Position numbers and translations under genes: made by a program
The notes under the pieces: model-generated
Database searches by the model: none
What the model was told of the DNA's origin: nothing
What the model saw: the letters and a program-made list of their open reading frames with translations, nothing else
Source of the DNA: Camelus dromedarius
Lineage: Eukaryota
Length of the DNA stretch: 64,000 bases
NCBI RefSeq assembly: GCF_036321535.1
Contig: NC_087436.1
Coordinates: 97,838,001-97,902,000, forward strand
Direction of reading: 5' to 3'
Shown: positions 24,991 through 37,789 of the stretch, in pieces
Layout: each line of letters starts with the position of its first letter
Numbering within the stretch: the first letter of the stretch is position 1

Positions 24991-26084
24991 TTAAAAATTT
25001 TTTACCTCTTGGTCACAGTCTATTCATGTACTTTGTATTTTTCAACATATCCTAAAAAAAAAAAACATTCAAAAATGATACATTTTAATGGTCTAAAACC
25101 AAACCCACTTTATGTAACAAATAAATATACTATATTTCATATCAGTTTAAAGCACTGAGCCTACTAACCTCCATATCCCACCTACTTAATAGTTGAAAAA
25201 TAACAGTAAATAAGTAAAGAAAAATCCCAGTCCTTTGAGAGATTTTGAGTAAAGAAAGAAGTCCTCACTGTAAGCATCTCAGTGCTGGCTAGTAAGCTAA
25301 AGTGGAAAAAAAGGATTATGGTTGCCTCAGTTCTTAAGTCATTCACTTGGAATAGCATAGGGATTAACACTGAAGATGAAAAAAAAAATGAGTGCAACTG
25401 CTGTAAGCAATTTGTAAGAGACTTTGTCAGTGTGTTTTATGCAATGCCTATGAAATTCTGCTTCTAGATAATGTAGAGGAGAATATTCTCAGTCTCATGG
25501 AAGCATAATTACTCAAGGGCCAGGAAATAACCTCAATAAACTGAGTTCCCTCTTGTAATTATATTCTATAAAAATAATTTGGAAACTCATTCATAAAGGA
25601 CCTGAGAGCTTGGATCACACCACACAGTCTGAGAACCTCTTTCTCTTAATCAAATGACATAAAGCAAATCTGATAAAGCAGATCAAAAGCAGTGAAAGAA
25701 GGAAAAAAAAAATGACAGGCAAAGGAAAAAAGATTTTGAAATAAAATATAATTCCATATTTAATTTTTAAAAATTTAAATGTGTGACATAAAAATATTAA
25801 GTGCATGCCATAGATTATCAACATATAAATGAGGAAACTACAATTCTGAAAAGCTGTTATAAAGAATATTTTGAGCTTTCGGTATTTATAGGGATTAAGA
25901 CATTGTAAAAATAAGATTTCTGGGTTGGTTATAACTGTTTAATGTTCTTATGCAGGATAGAGTTATTTTATAGTTAGCTAGGAAAACCTCTATGCTTATC
26001 TCTGGAGATACTGGGATATCTGGTTTGATTCTTAGCTTAAATAGGCCTACTTTACTAACTAATAATTTGTGATATACTACTGTT

Positions 26085-26458
26085 TAAAGTCTGAAGCTCC
26101 CCTGGCATAAGGAGGATTTGTTTAAGGATGACTTTCTTCTGGAGTAACAGATTAAACAACTTGGCTTAGCTAAGTGACCAGAGAGACATAAAAGACACTG
26201 CTGGCAACATCTGTGTGAAGTTCTCTGAGAGTAAGGTTCATTACACAAATCTTGAAATTTCAATCCAAAGGCTGTGCATATCTTTGTGTAAATAAGAGGG
26301 ACCTCAGGGAGCATAAGCCTTGATGTCTCCTGGACCACGTCCAAAGTTTGCTGAACTCTCCTTCTTTTGCTGCCCTGTATTGTTATTGTTTGCCTTTATT
26401 ACAAGACTTGAATATGTTCTCGAGAATCTTATGAACTCTTGCAATTATCCAAACTGTT
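26085..26458 (+). mobile_element. Old LTR fragment (MER21/MER68/MER77-like)
   Basis: 3'-end-like TGAATATGTTCTCGAGAATCTTATGAACTCTTGCAATTATCCAAAC. Family from memory. Confidence 0.35.
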
Positions 26459-26892
26459 GCTATAGTTACAATTATACATGCCAGTTAGAAACAAACAAAA
26501 CCCAAAATTCAACAAAACAAGAATAACAAACAAACAAAAAATCAGGTAGCCTTTGATGGTATCTTTTGCAACGCTGCTAGATAAGATGTAGAACACATGT
26601 AACTTTATTGTGTTTTGGCTCTAACTGAATAGTAAATAGCAAATCAAATAAAAATATATTCTTGAATTAATATAATTAAATAATCCTTTAGAGTGCCCTA
26701 GTATGAAATTGAAAAGACATGCTGTTTAACTTTTATCTCATGTAATATTTTAAATGACTTTTCTTAACAATAATGAAAGTGAATCAAATTTGTATGTTCT
26801 TGTACTTACTATATTTGCTCATTTTATGATATTGTAGTGAAAATGCTTTCTTATTCAACTTTTGAAAAGTGACATTTAAAGAATGTACTTAA

Positions 26893-27978
26893 AAGACAAC
26901 CAATAGCATGGAAGAAAATATTTGTAAACATTGAGACTGACAAGGTCTTAATTTCTAAACTATATAAACAGCTCATACAACTCAGTAACAAAAAAACAAA
27001 TAACCCAATCTAAAAATTGGCAGAAGGCCTAAATAAACATTTCTTTAATGAAGACATACAAATGGCCAATAGGTGCATGAAAAAATGCTCAATATTGCTA
27101 ATTATCAGAGAAATGCAAATCAAAACTACAGTGAGGTATCACCTCACACCAGTCAGAATGGCCATCATTCAAAAGTCCATGAATGATAAATGCTGGAGAG
27201 GGTGTGGAGAAAAGGGAACCCTCCTACATTATTGGTGGGAATGCAGTTTGGTACAGCCATTATGGAAAACAGTATGGAGATTCCTCAAAAAACTAATTAG
27301 ACTTACCATAAGATTCAGCAATCCCACTCCAGGGCATTTATCTGGCGGGAACTCTAATTCAGAAAGATACATGCACCCCAATGTTCATAATAGCACTATT
27401 TACAATAGCCAAGACATGGTAGAAACCTAAAGGTCCATCTACAGATGAATGGATAAAGAAGTTGTGGTATATTTATACAATGGAATACTACTCAGCCATA
27501 AAAAAGAATAAAATAATGACATAATGCCATTTGCAGCAACATGGATCGATCTGGAGATTGTCATTCTAAGTGAAGGAAGCCAAAAAGAGAAAGAAAAATA
27601 CCATATGATATCACTCCTCTGTGGAATCTTAAAAAAAAGAAAAAAAAAAAAGTAAAAAAGACAGACACAAATGAACTCATTTATAAAACAGAAACAGACT
27701 CACAGACATGGAAAACAAACTTATGGTTACCAGGGGGAAAAGGCAGGGCTGGAGGGATAAATTGGGAGTTCAGTATTTACAGATACTAACTACTACTGTT
27801 AAATAGATAAACAACAAGGTCATACCATATAGCTCAGAGAATAATATTCAATACCTTGTAATAGCCTATAAGGTAAAAGAATATGGAAAGGAATATATAT
27901 ATATACATATTTGAATCACTATGCTGTACATCAGAAATTAAACAACATTGTAAACTGACTATACTTCAATAAAAAATT
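26893..27978 (+). mobile_element. 5'-truncated L1: ORF2 C-terminus and 3' UTR
   Basis: ORF 27017-27430 contains [21 protein letters not shown] and [30 protein letters not shown]. Degenerate TSD AAGAATGTACTTAA (26879-26892) / AAGAATATAATTAA (27979-27992). Confidence 0.93.
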
Positions 27979-30121
27979 AAGAATATAATTAATAAGACCC
28001 AGTGCAAGTTACCTAATGTGCTATACTTGAAGAGATCTGATAAGGATTGAGACCCCATAGAGAAATCATGCATTATTCAGAGAGCTTACATAGTGCTGAT
28101 TAAAACAGTTCTGAAACAAGATATCTTTGTGTTTTTTTTAGGCATACAGTGAGCAAATCTGGCATTCTGGTAGTCTAGTGTATAGCTACTATATAGCCAG
28201 AGATGAAGGGAAGAAAAGGAATAATGTGAAAGCTTAACATGGAGTTATGAAAAGGAAAAATGCTTTTTTCATATTTATCACTTAATGAAATGTAAAATTT
28301 AAGATGTAAGGTATATCTGACATAGCTCCAAATAGCTTTCAATAGGGTCAACTGAACACTGAGTGCAAGCTAATGATATGAACTTAAAAAACAAGAAAAA
28401 GCTTAGATAATAAGCTTTGCAAATGTGACATACTTGTTTAAAATACACTACTTTTAAAAAGAATCTAAAGTTGACTTATATGTGTCTTTGATGGGAAGCA
28501 TTCTTCAATTCAGTTAGTTCTCAGAATGAAATGTGATCTAATCACACAAAATGGTATATACATGTATATGTTGTAATGTTTCACTCTGATTCTCATGGAA
28601 TCATATTTTTATAATTTTAAATATGCTGCCATCCTTTGAATAAAAATTCAAAATATTAACTTTTATATAGGAAATTTTCAAGGTCATAGTTTATTTAACA
28701 AGTTACAGTTTGAATGTAATTTCATTTTTTTTTCATTATATAACTATGCTCATAAAAATTTTAACTTGAAATGTATTATATTATTAAAATATCATATTTC
28801 CTTTGTTGTTTTTTTCCTGATCTTTTTAGCCTTTATAATTATTACTAGTTATTTCGGGAGTAGCCAAAATTTAACTACCCATTTTGTTGCTAATGGCACA
28901 GAGATCTAAAAGCCCATAGTTAACTTTGTTCTACCAACAATACTTTAAAATTATTTACATAAAAGCCCAGTCAGACATTTCTCTCGGAATCAAAGATTAA
29001 ATTTTAAACTTTAATTTAAAGAGAAATATTTTGTCTAGAAATATATCCTATTTAAATTCTCTGGAGATTTTACTATGATAATTATGAATTCTGCTTTTGG
29101 TGTATTCATCTCCAAAACTAAATTCTTTGTAATTAACAGAAAGTAAAGTGCCGTGATGTTTTCTAACTGTAAAAACAATTGGGTCTCAAAGAACAGAGTA
29201 CCTCATTAAAGCTAACATATAATGATCACCTGAGTATTTTTCCAACAAACTAATTTTGCTTTACTACTTGAACTTTGTCACATTTATTGCAATATCTTTA
29301 TCACATAATGAAAAGTAAGTCTTTAGATGCTTATTGCCGACAAGTTGGAAAACGAACACAAGCTCCTAGTCCAGTCATGGGGATGTTCTGGAGGTCAGAG
29401 GAAAATGTAAGACTGTGAAGTTGTAATAAAACCAGTGGAAAACACGTGAGAAAAGAGAAGGCATTTTGACCTAACAAGGAAAAGAACTGGCAGTACAGAG
29501 CTGAGCAGGGTCAGTCTCTGGATTTGAGTGAGGGACAATTAAGATATCAGGTGGATATTGAGGCTTTTTCTTCACAGACACAGACACATTCTCCTGAGCA
29601 GATTATTGTCCACTAGCCACTCCAGGGCAGAAAATTAATGCTACCAGAGTCACACTTCAGATTATAACTGAGTGGCCCAAAATTCCAGTCACCTGGTATA
29701 TAGAGTCAATAATCACAAGAAAAGGCAGGTCTGACAGTGTCCATTTCATTCTCCACCCCTCAGCACCCCGGACCTATGTGGGTGCAATGTAGGAGGAAAG
29801 CTTTCACTAGGGAGAAGAGAGAGAAGACAGAAGGAAGATCCTTACAGGTCAAGCTTCTGATGCTTCTCCAAATACATGCTATTAACAAAAACAGACAAAC
29901 AAAACCCCTAATATCTTAATGGAGAATGAATTCACAGGTAAAGAAACAGACTTCCTTCTTGTTTCAGCATGGTAGTCTAAGCCCAAAAGAACACATCCTT
30001 CCAACCAACCACAATTTAAAACTTAAGACAAAAACACAAAAATAAAGCTTTAAAAATGTGAACAAAAGCTGACAGATTGCCAAGGGGAGTCAACTTGAAA
30101 AAGAAACTCTTAAAGGGAAGA

Positions 30122-30213
30122 GTTTTCTCTTTCTTTCCTCCTTTCTTCCTTTCTTCCTTCCTTCCTTCCTCCCTCTCTTTCTTCCTTCCTTCCTTTCTTT
30201 CCCTTTCTTTCTC

Positions 30214-30244
<31 letters not shown>

Positions 30245-30257
30245 TTCTTTTTTCTTT
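30122..30257. repeat. Polypyrimidine simple repeat (TTCC/TTTC/TC)n
   Basis: About 135 nt of essentially C/T only. Confidence 0.9.
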
Positions 30258-30841
30258 AAATCCTGATCTCAGCTCTTTAACGGTTCCTAAACCTTCTTCA
30301 GCCTTTTAGATATTATCATAATAATAGGGGAAAAAAAAAACAAGGTGATTGCCACACTGCCTGCTTGAGACTGACCCCTGGGTAACCACAGAGTTCACCT
30401 TGCAAAAGTATAGGGCTGGGGAGAACCATTTTCCAGGCTCTTGGTTCTGGACCATTCTACATCTTGGATGCTCTGTTCACCTGTAGAACTTCGATCATCA
30501 CCCAGAAGAAAAATGTTGTTGAAAAGTAAACAAAGATTTAAAACTAACAATCCCGACCTCCTTGTACCACTAGCCTTGGCTTTGAGTTTGGCTCAGAGCA
30601 AAGATTATAATGTAAGCTATATGCCTAATCCAGTTGAATTTGGGGAATGGGAGGTGTGCAGGGTCTGTGACACCACTGACAGCCAGAGTTTGATTGGCTC
30701 AAAAGCCAGTATTTGGGTTTCTGCAGTGAGAGGGCTCCCAGGAAGATTCTTGAAACCATGTTCAATATGTTCGTATTCTGACTCAAAAAAACCCAAAAAA
30801 CAAAAAAATAAAAAGGTTAATTTAATAGTTCTTTTAAAACG

Positions 30842-32728
30842 AACAGATTTATTGAAGCATAATTTATATACAAAGAAGTGTATATATATATAATGTGTAC
30901 AATTTGATGAGTTTGATATATGCAGACACCTGTGATCCTATCACCAAAATCAAGGTAATAGACATGGCTGATACACTTCAGAGTTACCTGTGTCTTTTTC
31001 TTTTTGTTTTTTGTAGGTGAGAACACTCAGCCTGTGATCTATCATCTTAGCATATTTTGAGAACTGTACTGTTAGCTACAAACACAATGTTACATAGAAG
31101 ATCTCTAGAATCTATTCACTTTGCAAGACTGAAAGTTTATACTAATGGAAACAATTCTCTACCTCCCCCACCCTCCAGCATCTGGCAACCAGTACAGTAT
31201 CCCCTGCTTCTAAGAGTTTGACCATTTTAGATACCTCATAAAGTGGGATCATGCAGTATTTGTATGTGTCTGGCTTATTTCGCTTAGCATAATGGCCTCT
31301 AGGTCCATCCATACAGTTGTGAAGAACAGAATTTACTTCTTCCATTTACGGCTGAATAATATCCCATTGTATGTATATACCAAATTATCTTTATCCATGT
31401 ATCTGTTGATGGACACTCAAATTATTTACATATCTTGGCTATTGTGAAGAGTGCTGCAACAAACATGCAACTGCAGCTGTTTCGTAAAGATTCTGATTTA
31501 GGTTCTCTTGAATATATGTCCTGGAGTGGGAATGCTAGATCATATGGTAGATGTATTTTTAATTTTTTGAGGAAAACGATAGTTTTCCATAGCTGTTGCA
31601 CCATTTTATATTCAACAGTATATAAGGGTTCCAATTTCTCTACAATCTTGCCTACAGTTCTTATCTTTAAAAAAAAAATAATAGCTATCCAAACAGGTGA
31701 AATAAAATATCATGGTTTTGACTTGTATTTTCCTGATAATTAATGATGCTGTGCATCTTTTAGTATATCTGTTGGCCATTTGCTTATTTTCTCTGGAGAA
31801 ATATCTGATATACACTGGGAACTGCAAAACACTGATGAGAGAAATTAAAGGAGACACAAATGAATGGAAAGATGTCCCATGTTCATGGATTGAAGGAACT
31901 AATATTGTTTAAATGTTCATTATACCCAAGGTGATCTAAAGACTTAATGCTCTCCCTATGAATATTTAAATGGCATTTTTTTTTTACAGAAATAGAAAAA
32001 AAATTAAAATTCTTATAAAACCACAAAAATCCCAGAGTGGACAAAGTGAATTTGAGCAGTAAGAACAAATCAGGAGGCATCACCCTTCTTGATTTCAAAA
32101 TATATTACAAAGCTACAGAAATCAAAACAGTATGGTACTGGCATAAAGACAGACATGAAGATCAGTAAAATAGAATTGAGAGCCCATAAATAAACCCTCA
32201 CATATGTGGTCAAGTAATCTTTGACCAAGTAACCAAGAACACACAATGAGGAAAAGATACTCTCTTCAACCAATAATGCTGAGAAAACTAGATGTCCACA
32301 TCCAAAAAAAAAAAAAAAAAAAAAAAGTGAACCCCTACCTTACATTATTCATAAAAATCAACTCAAAATAGATTAAGGGCCTTAAACATAAGACCTGAAA
32401 CTGTAAAAACTTTTAGAAGAAAATGTAATGGAAAAGCTTCTTAATATTAGTCTTGACAATGATTTCATGGATATGACACCAAAAATATAAACAAAACCAG
32501 TAAAAATGGAACTACATCAAGGCTAAAAGTTTCTGCACAGCACAGGAGTAAAAAAAGTAACAGAACACAAATATTCTCTCTACAGAATGAGAGAAACATT
32601 TGCAAATCATAGATAGAGGGTTAATTTCCAAATAATTCAAGAATTATTCTACAACTCAATAGCAAAAAAAGAAAAGAAAAAACTCAATTAAATTAAAAAG
32701 TGGGCAAAGAACTTGAACGGACATTTCC
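30842..32728 (-). mobile_element. L1 (L1MA-like) with inverted 5' segment
   Basis: 30842-31806 is an antisense L1 3' end. 31807-32728 is sense ORF2 (KTLMREIKGDTNEWKDVPCSWI...). The two parts are contiguous in L1 coordinates. Confidence 0.88.
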
Positions 32729-33059
32729 ATTTTTAAGAAATCGTCTTTTTATTTATTTATTTATTTTTGCTATGTTAGGCACCAATCTCCATAGCATGGT
32801 GGAGGTGGCCAACCAGATAGAGAAAATTAAAATATAACTCTGTTTTCCAAATGAGAAATAGAAGGCCTTCTGGGCTGAAAACATATATCTCTCTAAATAC
32901 AGTTTGAGTTTCCAGATCTTTGTTTACAAATACCATTCCGACATTAAAAAAAAAATTAAGATTCCATTTTTAGGGTGATGCAGCCACTCTACCAAAGCAC
33001 TATGGTCACCCACCTAAAGTTTGGTTTTGCTATTGAGACTAAAATCATACACACAAGAA

Positions 33060-34195
33060 GATATGAAAAGACGCTGGATTAAGCAAGATTTCTTTAAAAA
33101 GATACAAAAATCACAATGACAAAAGAAATAATAGATAACTTGAACTTCATCAAAGTGATCAATTTTTGCAGTACAAAAGGATACCATTATGAAAGTGAAT
33201 GACAAGGGGGAGGGTATAGCTCAAGCAGAAGAGTGCATGCTTAGTATGCATGAGGTCCTGGGTTCAATCCCCAGTACCTCATCTAAAAATAAATAAACAA
33301 ATAAACCTAATTATCTCCCCTCACCCACCCCCCCAAAAAAAAGGTGATCATAATTGTTAAAAAAAAAAAGTGAATGACAGTGAATGACATGAAGGTGAAA
33401 GACAATCATCAGAATGGGAAAAAATATTTGTTAATCCTATATTGCATAACGGATTTACATATGGACTATATAAAGAAATCTCATGACTCAATAAGAACAC
33501 AGGCAAAGGATCTGAATTGCCATTTTGCCAAATTAATTAGACAAATGGCTAATAGACAAATGAAAAAAAATGATTCACATCTTCAGGAAAATGCAAATCT
33601 GAGTTACGATGAGACACCACTTCACACATGCTAGTACTCTGTGGTGGGAACGTGAAATAGTTCAATTGCTTTGGAAAACAGTCTGGCAAGATGCTAAATA
33701 CAGAGTAACCACGTGACCTAGCAACTGTATTTCTAGGTAAATAACTAAAAGAAATGAAAACATTTCTCCAAAAAAAACTTGTGTGTTAAGGTTCACAGCA
33801 TTATTATTCATAATAACAGAAATGGAAACAGCAAAAATGTCCATCCACTGATGAATAGATAAATACAATGAAGCATATTAATACAATACATGATACAACA
33901 TGGATGAATCTTGAAAATTTTACTAAGTGAAACAAGCCGGTTACAAAAGATCACATTTGTGTGATTCTTATTTATCTAAAATATCGAATAAAAGTATAAA
34001 ATATAAAGAGACATATAAAGTATATTAACGATTGCCTAGGGCAATGGTGGAATCACCACTATTGGGTCCAGAGTTTGTTTCTGACTTGATGAAATGTCCT
34101 AAAATTGACTGTATTGACAGGACACAGATATACTAAGAACCACTGAATTGAATTCTAAATGCATCAATTATATGGTATATAAATTATATATTAAT
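33060..34195 (+). mobile_element. Older L1 (L1MB/MC-like) 3' region, interrupted by a SINE
   Basis: GAACTTCATCAAA, CAGAATGGGAAAAAATATTTG, GGAAAATGCAAAT, AAATGTCCATCCACTGATGAATAGATAAA, ACAACATGGATGAATCTTGAAAA. Confidence 0.8.
33205..33366 (+). mobile_element. tRNA-Ala-derived SINE of camelid Vic-1 type
   Basis: GGGGGAGGGTATAGCTCAAG...GCATGCTTAGTATGCATGAGGTCCTGGGTTCAATCCCCAGTACCTC (A and B boxes), A-rich tail, 13-bp TSD AAAGTGAATGACA at 33192-33204 and 33367-33379. Confidence 0.88.
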
Positions 34196-35449
34196 GTTTG
34201 TTTAAAAGTAAATTCAATGAAAGTCAACAATAAAAAGTAGAAGTATGTGTGTGTGATGCAAATTATCCAATCTAATGGCAGTTTGGTATAAATCTGGCAA
34301 ACTGGACTCCATGCAATAACTTACAGGTTTGTGAGGTGTAGTATATCATGGCTTAGAATCAGGGGCTTTCTACTTATACTTCAGTGGAAACATGTTTCAA
34401 GATCCAAACATTAATATTCTTTACTGACATTTGGAAGATAATTGACTTTTTGTCACTAATTTTCCAGGACAAGCTACAAAATAAGCAGTACTCAAATTCA
34501 AGATTTAACAATATTAAGTCATTTTCTGAATAAATAAATACATATTTATGCTTTATAATTTCTTTTGTAGTAACTTAAAATATAGGATTGTAGAGCTGAA
34601 CTAAAACTTGATTGTCTTTATTAGGCTTCACAATGGAAGTACATAAATTATCTGCATAGCGACTTTGACAGAAGTAATTTTTTTCAATAATTCAGTGTAG
34701 CATACTAGTCGAAGAAGCAGCATATTCATTACTATCCATCCCTAAATATTTAATTTCTTCTTATGTTGAAGCAACCATGGTCCTATAACTCTCATACAAG
34801 CAGCATCCATCTGCAAAGAAGTACATGTCTATTCTCAATTCTAAAATGGAAAGCCTCAAATATTTGCAGATAAATAAAATGCCTCTTCTTGTGTTTGGTT
34901 TCCCAGAATAAACGCACCATCTAAAAATATTACTCCATGTTATTCCATGAGTAAGTAATCTATCCCATTATGCACTCATCCTAACAGTTAGTCATCAGAC
35001 ATTGATTGGCTGAGCTTCTATTAAAATCCTGAATGAATGAAAATGCTGAATGAAAATGCTAATTAAAGGGAGCACAAGATGCAAGATCCACAATTTTTTT
35101 TTTTTTAAGGAAAGCAGCTTAATAAGTGATTTCTGGTCTCATATTGCTTCCAAAATATTCTTTGGAATATTTTGATATTGACATTCAAATATTTGACAGT
35201 TGAGTAATTATGTGATTAGAGTTAATATGCACTTATGAACTAATTAGACATGGAGAAAGGTTAGACCAAATAAGGAGATACAGAAAAATATAATACTAAC
35301 AAAATTAATCAAGCCAGTATTAGTTATACAGTTGGTATAAAAGAAAAACAATTATCTATGAAGTTGTTACCTTAAATACTCCTCTCTGATTTCTGTGTAG
35401 TCAATGCTTCTGTTATTGTTTTATATGTAATGACTTAGATATATTTTTC

Positions 35450-36030
35450 TTCATTTTGAGAATAGAAATTTTCAAGCAATAAACATAAAAATAAAACAGT
35501 ATACAAATTTTCTCATTTCTGTTACTCAGCTTTAACAGTCATCAATGCAACATTAATAGAGTTTAATCTATACCTCACCCACTACATTCTCCAATATTGT
35601 ATCATTCCATTCATAAATATTTCACCAGGTGTCTCTAAAAGTTAAGAACTTTAAAAAAGTAACCATGTTAACATTGTCATGATTAAAAAGTAGTAATAAC
35701 TATAAAATATCTCTTACTCAAATATGCAGTTGTCTTAGAATGTCAAGTGCCTTTATAGTTATTAATTTGAATCAGGGTCGAAATAAAGTCTAAACATTGC
35801 TGTTGATTGATGTCTCTTTAGGCTCTTTACATATATATGTACATGTATATACATATATATATACACATATCTTTTCCCTCTATTTCTCATGTTTTTAATT
35901 TTCCTTTCTCATGTCTTTAAACTATTTGATGAGGAAACCAGGTTATTTCTCATGCAGTATTACCACAAACTTTTGTTCTTCTAAGATTCCTATAAGTTAT
36001 AGTTGATTAATTTCAAGTCATAAAGTTATT
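35450..36030 (-). mobile_element. Old L1 (L1MC/ME-like) 3' UTR fragment
   Basis: TTTGAATCAGGGTCGAAATAAAGTC..ACATTGC..TTGATTGATGTCTCTTTA and GGAAACCAGGTTATTT. Confidence 0.55.
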
Positions 36031-37158
36031 ATGACATCTATAAGCAAACTGTACTTAATTTATATAATATATAATGTCCAAAATGGATTTCCTAATTGAA
36101 ATGATGACACTTTGTCCTTGAATATTTTTCTATAGATCTTTGGCTCCCAATTATTTAAAACAAAACAAAACTAAACTAACACACACTTGAAAAAAATAAT
36201 GATTGAAAACACAGCAACTGGATTTAAATTCCCTCAAGTAATATATTGCAAGAATTTAAATATATGTGCACATACTCATCTTTAAGTTATCTGATAAGCA
36301 AAGAAGTACACTACACTCTTCACTGTTTAACTGTAAATATTTAGGCATTTAAATAAATCTTTTGGAAAATAAGCTCCATGATTTAAGCTGAAATGATTCA
36401 CAGTAGCCAGTGAAATTTGGAGAAAATTATTCTAGGTTCTAGTGTAATTATCTCAAGGGATTATTATTGCTCAGAAACTTGGGGAATTCAACTGAATATT
36501 TTTTATTTAAAATAACTTTTATTCTGACAAGTAATGTTAGGTAAACATATTATTATTATTAATTTCACAAAAAATATTATAGCAACATTAGAAATAAAAA
36601 TAAATCACCCTGGTGGATAAATAAATCCACTGCTCCATCAATCAAAGATTTTGTTATTTTGTTCCCAAATTTTCTTCCAGTTTGCTTATATTTGTAAGTA
36701 TTAATTGCATATTACTGCAACCTCAGCATAATTGAAATTCTCCAGTCTGTACTTTTACTGAACATAATACTGTTAGTAGACGTGACAGCATGACAGTGAT
36801 TAAGAACTTTGGATTCAAGATTAAGAATGTGATCTTGATGCTTAAAACTTTTAGGTCTTGATTTTCTCATTAAAAAATAAAAATAAAACTACTTGGTGAT
36901 AATAAAATAAACTATTAAATTATACATAATATATTTAGCAAAACATTTGATGAAAATAAGCACTAAACAGATGATAGCCTCTAAAATCTAAAAGATTATT
37001 TTTATTATTAGCACAATCAACAGTTACAAAATATTCTCTTGACTGAGTTAATAACTATACTATGCTTAATCATGCCCCTTAATCATCCCTATTCTTAACA
37101 GTCATCACAAAAAGCTTTAGACTCTGATACCCACCCTCATTTCTTACACTTCAATTCC

Positions 37159-37780
37159 TGTAAGGCTATGCAAACGAGTTACTCTGTTCTTCACACTCCT
37201 TCCAACATCTAAGACCAGTCCCCTGGCTGGGAAAGGGAAATCCATGCCCTGATAAGAGGGGCATGGCCTAGAGCTCACAGAGAGGGCATGGCGTTCTCCC
37301 ACAGAGCATAAAACCGCACAGCACACCAACATCAGACAAAAACACTGACTGGATGGATAAAAACCACCCAGACAACGTCATAATCATGTCTGAACACAGA
37401 CAAAAGGAAGACAAAGGAAAATACCAAAATGACTAAGAATTCTCTTACACTGGCCAGTAGGAGTGACCAGTGCTTTGTGCTTCCTTCCTGATCAGATTTA
37501 GCACTTTCTGTTCTGATCTTCTCAGTAAGAATTATTAAAACACTCAAAGAATTACCCTACTTCTTTACAGCATCAAATCCAGAGCAAAATTTACCCCCTT
37601 TTGTTTTTTTCTATCAAGTAATCTAACACAAGGCCAAATCCTATAATAAATCCCTTCTACCATCCTCTCACTGAAATATCCAATGTTGCATTATGCTGCA
37701 ATAGTTTTCGACAAGTCAATAAACCCAACTTGATTGAATTACATGTGTGTTCCTTGTGATCTTTGGCTGAAGGATATTGA
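37159..37780 (+). mobile_element. Solo LTR, ERV1 class (MER67/MER31-like)
   Basis: TGTAAGG start, CAAGGCCAAATCCTATAA, AATAAACC...TGTGTTCCTTGTGATCTTTGGCTG..GG.ATTGA end. Confidence 0.65.
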
Positions 37781-37789
37781 TGGAGCCCT

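Noticed and set aside
30441..30893. 150-aa ORF
   Set aside because: Crosses probable LTR-derived sequence, an A-rich tract and an L1 end; not coherent.
33206..33280. tRNA-Ala gene
   Set aside because: SINE tail and TSD are present, and the D-loop and anticodon arm are mutated; it is a SINE head.
35151..35174. Perfect hairpin CAAAATATTC-TTTG-GAATATTTTG
   Set aside because: Short and AT-rich; plausible by chance in this composition.
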